From assembly GCA_020427635.1 (NCBI GenBank), contig JAGQOH010000001.1:26155-90154 (forward strand): DNA of 64,000 bases. The letters are read 5' to 3'. Below the pieces are notes generated by a model that saw nothing but the letters and a program-made list of their open reading frames with translations, searched no databases and was not told the origin of the DNA. The DNA is from Phycisphaerales bacterium. GTDB taxonomy: Bacteria > Planctomycetota > Phycisphaerae > Phycisphaerales > UBA1924. Of this stretch, positions 38,221 to 46,919 are shown one piece after another (position 1 is the stretch's first letter; each line of letters starts with the position of its first letter). The position numbers and the translations under genes were made by a program.

Positions 38221-38445
38221 GGTGGCTCCGTGGTCCAGGCGGGTCGGGGCGCACCATGGCCCCGCCAGCTTGGGTATCGGCATCTGCAACGCACCCGGGA
38301 TAGGACTTCTCGGCGCAGGTGGCCCGCCAATGCACCTCCACGGGCTACGCGCAACAGTTGCCGGTCATTCGGGCTTCTCAAGCGGCCTGAGCGACTGGGC
38401 CGATGCGCTTGGTTTGGTCCGCACCCATGGTTTCGCGAGGACCGC

Positions 38446-39570
38446 ATGAAGACCCCTGACGTCTGGTTTGCGATCCCCAGTGCGAACCCTGACAAGTGCC
38501 GACAGACCCTGCCCGCGTGGCGGGAGATGGGCTACAAGATCGCGGTGCTACAGAATTTCGAGCGGGGCGAGATTCCCGCCGACCTTTGCGTCTGGTCAGA
38601 CCACTACCCGGGCTGGCCTGGCAGCGTAAACATGCTTTGCAAGTCGATCGTGCCCAAAGACGCACGAGTTGTCGTGAGTGGCGGGGATGACATGCTGCCC
38701 GATCCGAATCACACGGCGCAAGAGCTGGCCCAGCAGTTTCTTGAGCGGTTCCCCGACACCTTCGGGGTGATGCAGCCGCACGGCGATGAGTTCCTCGCGG
38801 CACGTCGGTATTGTGGATCGCCCTTCATGGGACGTGCGTGGTTCGACAGCATGTACGGCGGGCGCGGCGGCATGTACGACGGGTATCACCACAACTACGC
38901 CGACAACGAGCTGTATTGGGTCGCGAAGGGCATGGGCGCACTTTGGGAGCGGCCGGACCTGAGCCATTATCACGACCACTTCACACGTGAAGGGCGCGCG
39001 GCGCCGGACTACTGGACAAGCGTGCGCAGCAACGATCTGCACGACTGCTTGTTGTATTACGCGCGCGTGCATGAGCGATTTCCTGGACATGAGCCGTTGA
39101 ACGTCGATCTCAAAGGGCGGAAGTACGCGCATCCGGGCGACTTGGGGCCATTGCTTGTGCTCGCAGATCAGCGCCTGCTTCGCGTTGCAATCGACAATCC
39201 GTTTGCGACCGCGATCTCGCGTGGGCTTGGCGAGGCGGCGGCAGACGGATGCACGTCGGTTGCGGTCTACGGCATTGGGTTTCACACGCAGGTGGGATCG
39301 GCGGCGATTGCCGAACCCCCTGTGCGCATCGCGTGTTTTATCGATGACAACGCGTCCAACCATGGGCGCGAGCTGTGGAACATCCCGGTTGTTTCGCGAG
39401 ACGACGCGCGTCGGATGGGTGTAGATGGAATCGTGCTTTCGGCAAACTCAGTTGAAGATCGACTATACGAGAACTGCGCGGCGTTCCTTGCGCAAGGCAT
39501 CAAGGTCTATCGCCTGTACGGTGAAACATCGAGCTCGCACGACAGGCAGCCGGTGCTGGGACTCACGTAG
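38446..39570 (+). CDS. unknown N-terminal domain (possible GT-A-like, GGDDMLPD) fused to the same C-terminal module
   Basis: ORF 37960..39570, ATG at 38446 (MKTPDVWFAIPS). C-terminus VAVYGIGFHTQ...CFIDDNAS...GIVLSANSVEDRL...IKVYRLYG. Confidence 0.6.
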   Translation: MKTPDVWFAIPSANPDKCRQTLPAWREMGYKIAVLQNFERGEIPADLCVWSDHYPGWPGSVNMLCKSIVPKDARVVVSGGDDMLPDPNHTAQELAQQFLERFPDTFGVMQPHGDEFLAARRYCGSPFMGRAWFDSMYGGRGGMYDGYHHNYADNELYWVAKGMGALWERPDLSHYHDHFTREGRAAPDYWTSVRSNDLHDCLLYYARVHERFPGHEPLNVDLKGRKYAHPGDLGPLLVLADQRLLRVAIDNPFATAISRGLGEAAADGCTSVAVYGIGFHTQVGSAAIAEPPVRIACFIDDNASNHGRELWNIPVVSRDDARRMGVDGIVLSANSVEDRLYENCAAFLAQGIKVYRLYGETSSSHDRQPVLGLT

Positions 39571-39591
39571 CGCGGGCGTGTGTATGGAGAA

Positions 39592-40671
39592 ATGCGTGTG
39601 GTACAGGTCATAGGCGACAGCCACACCTCAGTATTCGCCGGTTCATACCGGCTCGCGCCGATCTATCCGCGCCGAGCAAACCTCGCGTTGCCAGGCGTGC
39701 AGGTCTGGCATCTTGGGGCGCATCTTGCACATTCGGTGGGCACGCCGCGACATCACGTGCGCCGGAAGATCAAGGCCATTACCTCCAAGTCGAAGCGCGG
39801 CGATTGCATGCTGCTGTACTTCGGCGAGATCGATTGTCGGTTTCATGTGGTCAAACACGCGGGAAGCCAAAGGCGGATTGGCACTGTGGCGCGCGATGTG
39901 GCGCAGCGGTATGTCGAAGCGGCGCACACTTTGGTTGGCAAGCGGCCACTCGGATTCATTTGCGCACCGCCGCCAACCGTGACGCCGATCAACAACGATT
40001 TGCATCCGATCAACGGGACCTTCGTGCAGCGATTGGTCGCAGTTCGTGCTTTCAACAGCGCGCTGCACAAAGCCGCGCGGCACGTCGGCGCTCAGGTACT
40101 CGATGTTTTCGACGCGCTTGGCGATGCAGAGCACAGGCCGCGGGCATGCTATTTCGATGATGGAGTGCACGCCGATCCACGGGCGCTGCTGCTCTTCGTG
40201 CGTGAGCTGGCGAATTGGGGGTGGTTGGCGCCGAAGGCGAGCGAGGCGGTCGCCGCGGCGCAGGCCATTGCGCATGTGCAGCCGCCCGAGCGCCTGCCGC
40301 CCCTTGTTTTACCAGGCGGACTGGAGCAACCCGGTGCGGCGTGTGAATTGCTTGTGCGATACGCGGCCGCTCGCTGCGCGGCGCAGGGCGCTGCGCGCAT
40401 TGGCCTTTACGGAGCCGGTGCACACACGCGCCGGATTCGCTTTGATCCGTTTGAGGCTGCGGGTCTGCGTGTTGTGTGTGTCATTGACGATCGTGCGACC
40501 GCGCGTTCCATCCTTGGCGTACCGATTCGGCGCCTGGCGGAAGTGCGCGATATTGATGCTGTAATTGTCTCGTCCGATGCACACGAGGCAAAGCTGCTCG
40601 CCAAGGCAAGGTCCACACTTGGGCGGCGGGGCATCAAGGTTTATCCAATCTATGATTGGAAGGCGGTCTAG
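39592..40671 (+). CDS. SGNH/GDSL-like hydrolase domain fused to the same C-terminal module
   Basis: MRVVQVIGDSHT N-terminus. C-terminus IGLYGAGAHTRR...CVIDDRAT...AVIVSSDAHEAKL...IKVYPIYD. The GTG at 39580 is an alternative start. Confidence 0.6.
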   Translation: MRVVQVIGDSHTSVFAGSYRLAPIYPRRANLALPGVQVWHLGAHLAHSVGTPRHHVRRKIKAITSKSKRGDCMLLYFGEIDCRFHVVKHAGSQRRIGTVARDVAQRYVEAAHTLVGKRPLGFICAPPPTVTPINNDLHPINGTFVQRLVAVRAFNSALHKAARHVGAQVLDVFDALGDAEHRPRACYFDDGVHADPRALLLFVRELANWGWLAPKASEAVAAAQAIAHVQPPERLPPLVLPGGLEQPGAACELLVRYAAARCAAQGAARIGLYGAGAHTRRIRFDPFEAAGLRVVCVIDDRATARSILGVPIRRLAEVRDIDAVIVSSDAHEAKLLAKARSTLGRRGIKVYPIYDWKAV

Positions 40672-43172
40672 CCGCGGTCGGCAGCTGTCTGGATGCAGCT
40701 CGCCAGCTTGTCCAGCATTGCGCGCGCAAACTTCGCATAGGAAAACGATTCCAGGCTTGCCGATCGTTGCCATGCTGAGAGGTGCGCGCGGCGCTCTGTG
40801 TCGGAAATGAATGCGTCGGCGGCACGCTCAAGGGTTGCACTCGACCAGAATCCACTCTCGCTAGGATCGCCAATGAGCCAAGCGCCGCGGAAGGTGAGTG
40901 GCGCGCCATGTCGATCATGCCACGGTTGTTCGATCTGCTCCGGTGAGAGCACCTGCCATCCGTCGCGCGTGTGTTGCGGCGGCATGCCGAGCCGGGCGTA
41001 GAGTGCATGGACCATCATCGACTGCCAGTGGTCTGCAATAGGTGTGAATCGCCAGTTGTTCACGGCCCGATATGGATCCGGCTCGCTAGTAGAGTCGGGT
41101 TCGCTGGCAATGTCGTTCTGCGCCCACCACTCGAGCAAACGAGCATCCTCATGTTTGATGCGCGTGAGCGTGCAGCCACCGGAGAGGGCGCATTCCATGA
41201 TGCGTTGGTGGTGCATGCTGCCAAGCCCGGCGTGCAGGTTCACGGCGGCGCATTGGTACGCCGCGCGAAGCTCTTCGTCGTGCTGCAGCGCGCCTTGTGC
41301 ATATTGAGCGAAGCGGTCGTGCTTGTCCCAGCCATTGCCATAGAGATGAAGCCGCCAACCTCGGCGCTCGCAGATGTCTGCGGCCCACGCAATCATCTGG
41401 TGTCTGTAGATGCGCTCTGCGAGCGGATAGCCATAGCCCGCCGATACCATGGAGACGGTTTCGGCATCGCGACGCCCAAGCGTTTGCGCGCAGATATCAG
41501 CGCAGATGCCATCAATCGACGCATTGAGCGGTGTCTCCAGGCCACGGACCAGGAGTGCCTCGAACGCTTGCAACATGCTTTGCATGATCGTGCGCGATAC
41601 GTGCTGCTGTTCAGGCGGCAGCGTGGCCAAGATTCGATCGACCAATTGTGCGGGCGTTTCGGCGTGATGACTCACGAAGGCCATGTCGCACGTAAGGCGT
41701 TTTCGCAAGGCAGGATCGATCGGTCCCGTGTGGAACTTCGTCTCGCTCACGAGCACGGGCGTGGGGAGCACTTGATCAGGCGGATAGCCGAAAGACTCAA
41801 ACAACTCGCTATACGGGAAGCCCACGAGCAGATCAAGGGTGCCCACAGAGCGCCCCGCGTCAGTGCGGAAGAAGTCGGTGCAGCGGTCTTGCATCCATGT
41901 GACCAGCGGCACGTTGGTGGGCAGGATGTTTGACAGCATGGCGCGCGTGTGTCCGATCGAAACAACGACGTCGGGCTGCCAGTCGGCAAATGGGCGCGCA
42001 AACGCCACCGACGAGAGGCGCGTGTGATCATCCGGCTCGATGAGCATGCGCACATCGCATCCGAGGTTGCGCAGCGCGTCGGCGAAATCATGAGCGGAAT
42101 GCTGCACGAACGTCGAGAGACGCGAAGTTGGGATCAGTATGCGTGCGGGTGCTGTGCCGCCCGTGATTCCTGCGAATCGATCGGCCCACCAGGCCACGTC
42201 TCGCCCATCGTAGTTCGTGGCAACTCGGGCGCGAAGGGCGCGCAACTCGGCGGCTTGCTCGTCGGCGACTTCGTTCAGGATCGAGGCAGTGCCGACACAG
42301 CCCTCGGCAATCACTTTGTTGCCCAAGGCAGGCGTGGCGTAAACCGCGCCGCTGATGCCGAAGTCGATGCTGCGCCGAAGGTGGGCGGCGAAATCTTCTC
42401 CGCAATTCGGGCCAATGAACAATCGCGTGCGCTGGTGTGCGAGGACGTCACTGAGGTCGATGAGCGCAAGCGCATCGAGGAAGGCATCGACATCCGGGCA
42501 CACGATGACGAGCGCCTCGAGTTCACCAAGGTTGGCGCCCGGCGCCTGGTCCGCAATCAATCGGAGCAGCCAGGGTGGGTCGATGCCCTGGAAGTACACC
42601 GGCTTGCGAATGCCCTGCGACGCAGCTGCCGTGTGTTCCTTGAAGAGTGCGTCAGCACTAGCGCGCTCGTTCGCAAAGCGCACCCACGCGCCCGATGCGT
42701 CCTGGCGAATGAGGTTGCCATCGACTGTGCGGAACAGGCGTTCGCGGCTCGTGCGCTCGACCCAAGCTTCCACGTTGGAGATGAGATCAATTGGGTCAGC
42801 CGTGCGCTGCGTCAGCGCGCGAAGGTTGGCGAAGAGTACGGATTGACGATCGGCCAAGGAGATTGCATCGGAAGGCAGCGACTGCACCACGTTGAGCAGC
42901 TGCTCAATACCATCGTGCGCGCCCAGATCGATGGCCAATGCCTTCAGGAGTTCCAGGGCGCTCGTGCGAAGCCCGAGTTTCGCGTATGCCGCCGCGAGGA
43001 GGAACCGCAGCTCGTGATCCGTCGGTTGCAGGCGCACCGCTTGCACGCCCATGGGGACGAATGCCCAAGGGTTGCCGGAGCGCCCGAGCGCGACTAACTG
43101 GTCCCGTGTGACGCGGGTTGCGGGCGGCTTGGTCGCGGAGCCAGGTTGCACCGGCGCTTGAGAAGAGGCCAT
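40668..43172 (-). CDS. large TPR plus CgeB-like/DUF3880-type glycosyltransferase protein
   Basis: 834 aa, ATG start. N-terminal TPR-like helices. C-terminal AAVNLHAGLGSMHHQRIMECALSGGCTLT resembles the CgeB-family GT1 tail. Confidence 0.55.
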   Translation of the reverse strand: MASSQAPVQPGSATKPPATRVTRDQLVALGRSGNPWAFVPMGVQAVRLQPTDHELRFLLAAAYAKLGLRTSALELLKALAIDLGAHDGIEQLLNVVQSLPSDAISLADRQSVLFANLRALTQRTADPIDLISNVEAWVERTSRERLFRTVDGNLIRQDASGAWVRFANERASADALFKEHTAAASQGIRKPVYFQGIDPPWLLRLIADQAPGANLGELEALVIVCPDVDAFLDALALIDLSDVLAHQRTRLFIGPNCGEDFAAHLRRSIDFGISGAVYATPALGNKVIAEGCVGTASILNEVADEQAAELRALRARVATNYDGRDVAWWADRFAGITGGTAPARILIPTSRLSTFVQHSAHDFADALRNLGCDVRMLIEPDDHTRLSSVAFARPFADWQPDVVVSIGHTRAMLSNILPTNVPLVTWMQDRCTDFFRTDAGRSVGTLDLLVGFPYSELFESFGYPPDQVLPTPVLVSETKFHTGPIDPALRKRLTCDMAFVSHHAETPAQLVDRILATLPPEQQHVSRTIMQSMLQAFEALLVRGLETPLNASIDGICADICAQTLGRRDAETVSMVSAGYGYPLAERIYRHQMIAWAADICERRGWRLHLYGNGWDKHDRFAQYAQGALQHDEELRAAYQCAAVNLHAGLGSMHHQRIMECALSGGCTLTRIKHEDARLLEWWAQNDIASEPDSTSEPDPYRAVNNWRFTPIADHWQSMMVHALYARLGMPPQHTRDGWQVLSPEQIEQPWHDRHGAPLTFRGAWLIGDPSESGFWSSATLERAADAFISDTERRAHLSAWQRSASLESFSYAKFARAMLDKLASCIQTAADRG

Positions 43173-43250
43173 GCAAGGTTGATCGGTTCGGTTGAGGATT
43201 CGGCTGAAGTTTGCACGCGCGGTTGTTGCGCGATGTCGCTCGGGCCACCG

Positions 43251-44186
43251 TCAGCGTACCGCGATGAGCGCTTGCTCAAGCTCGGGATAGCGCCATTCGA
43301 AGCCCTCTTCTGCGAGGCGATTCGAGACGACAAAGCGTCCGTACAAGGCCAATTCGGGATCCGTGCACAGGACGAGGGGTGCGCCGAGACGAACCATCCA
43401 GGCGAAGCTTGGCAAGCCAATGGGCACTTTCATGACCTTGCGCAGCGTGCGCATGAACTCCCGCTGCGACAACGGGTTGGGCGCGGATGCGATGTAGACG
43501 CCCAGCATGGTCTCATTCGTAAGCGCGCGCTCGAAGAGGCGGTTCATGTCTTCTTCATGAATCCAACTCATACCTTGCTTGCCCGAACCGACGGTGCCGC
43601 CCAGCCCGAAACGCACAAGCGTCTTGAACCGCCCCATGGCGCCACAGCCCGCGCCGCGATCGCGTCCGATGACGAAGCTTGTGCGGAGGACGACGCCGCG
43701 CTGCGTGGCAAGTTTGGCGCTTTCGAACTCGGCCTCCCATGCGCGGCCAACGGTGGGCGCGAGACCCACACCGGTGGGGGAGTCTTCACTGCAGATGGCC
43801 GTCGGTGGATCGCCGTAGATGTGCGCGGTGGACATCTGGACCCAGACGGGAGGCGGGTGGTCGATCGCGCGCATCGCTTGCCCGAGCACGCGGGTCGATT
43901 CCACCCGCGAGCGAAGGATTTCATCCTGATGGTCGGGCGTCTTGATGCAATCGACGCTGCGCCCCGCGAGGTTGATGAGGCCCGCTGCCCCATCGAGCGC
44001 ACAATGCCAATCGCCATCGAGCGTGCGCCCGTCCCACGAGACATGCGTCCAGGGGCCAGTGACCTTTGGCGCGCTGCGGGAGAGGATGATGATGTCATGC
44101 CCATCGACTGACAGATGATGCGCGAGGGAGACGCCCAGGAAGCCTGAGCCACCCGCAATGACGATCGGGCTCTTTACGTCTGTCAT
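43251..44186 (-). CDS. TIGR01777/YfcH-type NAD-dependent epimerase-family protein (DUF1731 C-terminus)
   Basis: [11 protein letters not shown] Rossmann motif and overall YfcH-like layout. ATG at 44186. Confidence 0.7.
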   Translation of the reverse strand: MTDVKSPIVIAGGSGFLGVSLAHHLSVDGHDIIILSRSAPKVTGPWTHVSWDGRTLDGDWHCALDGAAGLINLAGRSVDCIKTPDHQDEILRSRVESTRVLGQAMRAIDHPPPVWVQMSTAHIYGDPPTAICSEDSPTGVGLAPTVGRAWEAEFESAKLATQRGVVLRTSFVIGRDRGAGCGAMGRFKTLVRFGLGGTVGSGKQGMSWIHEEDMNRLFERALTNETMLGVYIASAPNPLSQREFMRTLRKVMKVPIGLPSFAWMVRLGAPLVLCTDPELALYGRFVVSNRLAEEGFEWRYPELEQALIAVR

Positions 44187-44214
44187 GCTCACACGTTAGG
44201 CGGCGTGGCGCGCG

Positions 44215-44583
44215 TCAGGCCTGTGCTTCGACGATGGTCTTAAACCCGCCCCAGGCCATACGTTTCATGTCGAAGGGCATATTGTTGGGGTCGCACATCG
44301 CGGCCATGCGCGGGTCTTTCATGACCAGCTTGCCGACGCGATTGCGGTGGGCTTTGGTCTCGTACACGATCCACGAGAAGATGATGACTTCGTCGGCCTT
44401 GGTTTTCATGAGTTTCGGGAAGGGCAAGCCGAACGAAACGTCGAGGTCATCCTGCAGGCACTCGCAATACTCGATCGCGCCGTGCTCGATGAACACCTTG
44501 GCAGCCTGCTTTGCGATCTTCTTGTACGCGGGCAGGTTCTTCTTGGCCACGGCCAGGACGAAGCCATCGACGTAATAGGCCAT
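44215..44583 (-). CDS. DUF1428-family protein
   Basis: MAYYVDGFVLAV...YKKIAKQAAKVFIEHGA...FSWIVY...MPFDMKRMAWGGF. Confidence 0.7.
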   Translation of the reverse strand: MAYYVDGFVLAVAKKNLPAYKKIAKQAAKVFIEHGAIEYCECLQDDLDVSFGLPFPKLMKTKADEVIIFSWIVYETKAHRNRVGKLVMKDPRMAAMCDPNNMPFDMKRMAWGGFKTIVEAQA

Positions 44584-44594
44584 TGTTGCGTTCC

Positions 44595-45038
44595 TCAATC
44601 GGGGATGTTCGGCTCGACGAGCGTGGCGAGTTGCGCGAGCGATTCCTGCCAGCCCATGTAGCACATCTCCGTCGGGATCATATCAGGCACGCCTGATTGC
44701 ACGATGGTGAGTTCGGTTCCCGTGGAGACCTTGCGAAACGTGGTCTCGGTCCGCATCTCGCCGGGCACATTGGGGTCATCAAACGTGCCTGTGTAGACGA
44801 GTCTCTCACCCGGGGAGAGCTCGATATAGGTTCCGCCGAAGGAGTGCCCGTGCCCGGTCGAGAAGTTGGTGAAGGAAGACCTGTATGTGCCACCCACCTT
44901 TGCATCCACGTGATGGACGGTGCAGGTGAACCCATAGGGGGGCAGCCATTTGCAGACGGCGGCGGGGTCGAGAAATGCACGGTAGACAGTGTCAGGTTTG
45001 GCACGAAGCACGCGATGCAGTCGAATGGTGTTTGGCAT
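44595..45038 (-). CDS. SRPBCC/AHSA1-domain protein
   Basis: IRLHRVLRAKPDTVYRAFLDPAAVCKWL...GGTY...LVYT pattern. ATG at 45038. Confidence 0.7.
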   Translation of the reverse strand: MPNTIRLHRVLRAKPDTVYRAFLDPAAVCKWLPPYGFTCTVHHVDAKVGGTYRSSFTNFSTGHGHSFGGTYIELSPGERLVYTGTFDDPNVPGEMRTETTFRKVSTGTELTIVQSGVPDMIPTEMCYMGWQESLAQLATLVEPNIPD

Positions 45039-45058
45039 GTGGGCTCCTTGAAGCAAGC

Positions 45059-45514
45059 TTAGTGCTTCGCTGTTCCTTCGGCGCGCTCGCGAATACTGTT
45101 CATGAACATGCCCCAGCCTTCCGTCATGCCCTCGCGCAGATCCTGTGGAATCAGCCCCACACCTGTGTGCGTCAGCGTGACGCGCGTGCGCGTACCCTCT
45201 TCAGACAAGCGGTATTGCACGTGATTTGCGACCGCGAAACTCATGAACATCGGGCCAGCAATTTCGAGCAACGTGGGCGGCTTGATCACTTGCACGTGAC
45301 CCCAGAGATGGCCCTTGTGCTCGCCCAAGTCGCGATACCAGCGCCCACCCGGCCACGCCTCGAGCTTCCAGTTCATGGATGAGCCGTCAGGCTGCATTCC
45401 GCTTGGCCCCAGTTCTTCCAAGATCGCGTCAAAGGCGACCCGCATCGGTGCGTTGATTTCGATCTGCTGCACGATGTGCACAGACTGCACTTCTTCTCCA
45501 ACCGCTGCGGTCAT
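45059..45514 (-). CDS. SRPBCC/AHSA1-domain protein
   Basis: The second paralogous-type START-like protein. ATGA overlap with the arsR-like gene. Confidence 0.65.
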   Translation of the reverse strand: MTAAVGEEVQSVHIVQQIEINAPMRVAFDAILEELGPSGMQPDGSSMNWKLEAWPGGRWYRDLGEHKGHLWGHVQVIKPPTLLEIAGPMFMSFAVANHVQYRLSEEGTRTRVTLTHTGVGLIPQDLREGMTEGWGMFMNSIRERAEGTAKH

Positions 45515-45873
45515 GATTCGTCCTTCTTGCTGTTTGCGGCTTGTTCCCGCGCGGCATGTTCGGCCCGCGCCCTAATCGAATTCAATTGATGGCTCCAGAA
45601 CTGTTCGTACATCTTGACCCAGTCATGCACAGCCTTGAGCTCCTCTCCCCGAAGTCGGTAGACGCGCTGGCGCCCGCGTTTCGACGATGACACGACCCCG
45701 ACCTCTTTCAGCACCGCCAGATGCTTGGAGACGGCGGGCTGCGCCAGCTTGAGGGTGTGCACGATGGCGTTGACTGCCATTGCCCCCTGACGTGCCAAGA
45801 CCTCGATGATTTCCCGGCGCTTTGGCTCGGCAATGGCGGCGAAGACATCGGCGGTGGTCGCGAGACGGCCCAT
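45511..45873 (-). CDS. ArsR/SmtB-family transcriptional regulator
   Basis: VFAAIAEPKRREIIEVLARQG...VSKHLAVLKEVGVV...GRQRVYRL. ATG at 45873. Confidence 0.85.
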   Translation of the reverse strand: MGRLATTADVFAAIAEPKRREIIEVLARQGAMAVNAIVHTLKLAQPAVSKHLAVLKEVGVVSSSKRGRQRVYRLRGEELKAVHDWVKMYEQFWSHQLNSIRARAEHAAREQAANSKKDES

Positions 45874-45882
45874 AGCTCGAAT

Positions 45883-45902
45883 ATATTCCAATATTGGAAT
45901 AT
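45883..45902. promoter_or_regulatory. perfect 20-bp palindrome ATATTCCAATATTGGAATAT (putative ArsR operator)
   Basis: Self-complementary 20/20, 10 nt upstream of the arsR-like start codon, in the only AT-rich patch of the region. Confidence 0.7.
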
Positions 45903-45992
45903 GTCAAGGGCTGATGCGCTCCCGCGGGCGGATTTCTTGCAAGGCCAGTCGGGGGGACCTACCGTTGCAGGCAACCGGAGGCGAACCGAACC

Positions 45993-46919
45993 GTGGCAAC
46001 GACTAGTCGGCGACGGCTGATTCGAGTGAATGATCTCTCGGATGCCGCGTTGGCTGAGTTGTTTGCGCGGGCCAGAGCATTTGAGACGGGCGAGGCCTTG
46101 CCCGGCGGGCGGCTCCAAGGCAGGTTCGTCGTCAACCTTTTCTATGAGAACTCAACACGCACGCGCGTGTCATTCGAGGTGGCGGCCAAGCGGCTCGGGG
46201 CGGAGGTGGTGAATGTCACTCCCGCAGGCACATCCGTCGCCAAGGGCGAGTCGCTTGTCGACACCGTGCGCACGATCGAGGCGAATGGGCCCGATGTGAT
46301 CGTGTTTCGCCATCAGGACAGCGGCGCGCCGGAGGTCATCGAGCGGGAGACGAAGGCGGCGGTGATCAACGCGGGCGATGGCTCGCGCGGGCATCCGACC
46401 CAGGCGCTGCTCGACGCGATGACGTTGCAATCCACGCTCCAGCGCGAGAGGCTCGATGGCCTGATGGTCGCGATGGTGGGGGATGTGATCCACTCGCGCG
46501 TCGCGCGATCGAACATGGACTTGCTGCCACGATTGGGCGCACGGGTGCGGCTGGTCGGTCCGAGTTGCTTCGTGGCGGATGGGTTCCGGGATCTGGGGTT
46601 CGAGGTGGCGCACGATCTTGAAGAAGGCCTCCGCGGGTGTGATGTCGTGATGATGCTGCGCGTGCAACTCGAGCGGCACCAGGGAGTCAGTTTCGGCTCA
46701 ACGCGCGAATACCACAGGCGATATGGGCTCACAAAGGAGCGGCTTGATCGGTGCGCGCCACAGGCGTGGGTGATGCATCCGGGGCCCACGAACCGGGGCG
46801 TCGAGATGACAGACGAAGTCATGGATGACCCGCGCTGTCTCGTGCGGAGTCAGGTGGAGCATGGGATGTTCGTGCGGATGGCGGCGCTCGACATGCTGGT
46901 GAGCGGGGGTGCGGCATGA
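45993..46919 (+). CDS. pyrB: aspartate carbamoyltransferase catalytic subunit
   Basis: FYENSTRTR, HPTQALLD and HPGP motifs. GTG start. Confidence 0.92.
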   Translation: MATTSRRRLIRVNDLSDAALAELFARARAFETGEALPGGRLQGRFVVNLFYENSTRTRVSFEVAAKRLGAEVVNVTPAGTSVAKGESLVDTVRTIEANGPDVIVFRHQDSGAPEVIERETKAAVINAGDGSRGHPTQALLDAMTLQSTLQRERLDGLMVAMVGDVIHSRVARSNMDLLPRLGARVRLVGPSCFVADGFRDLGFEVAHDLEEGLRGCDVVMMLRVQLERHQGVSFGSTREYHRRYGLTKERLDRCAPQAWVMHPGPTNRGVEMTDEVMDDPRCLVRSQVEHGMFVRMAALDMLVSGGAA

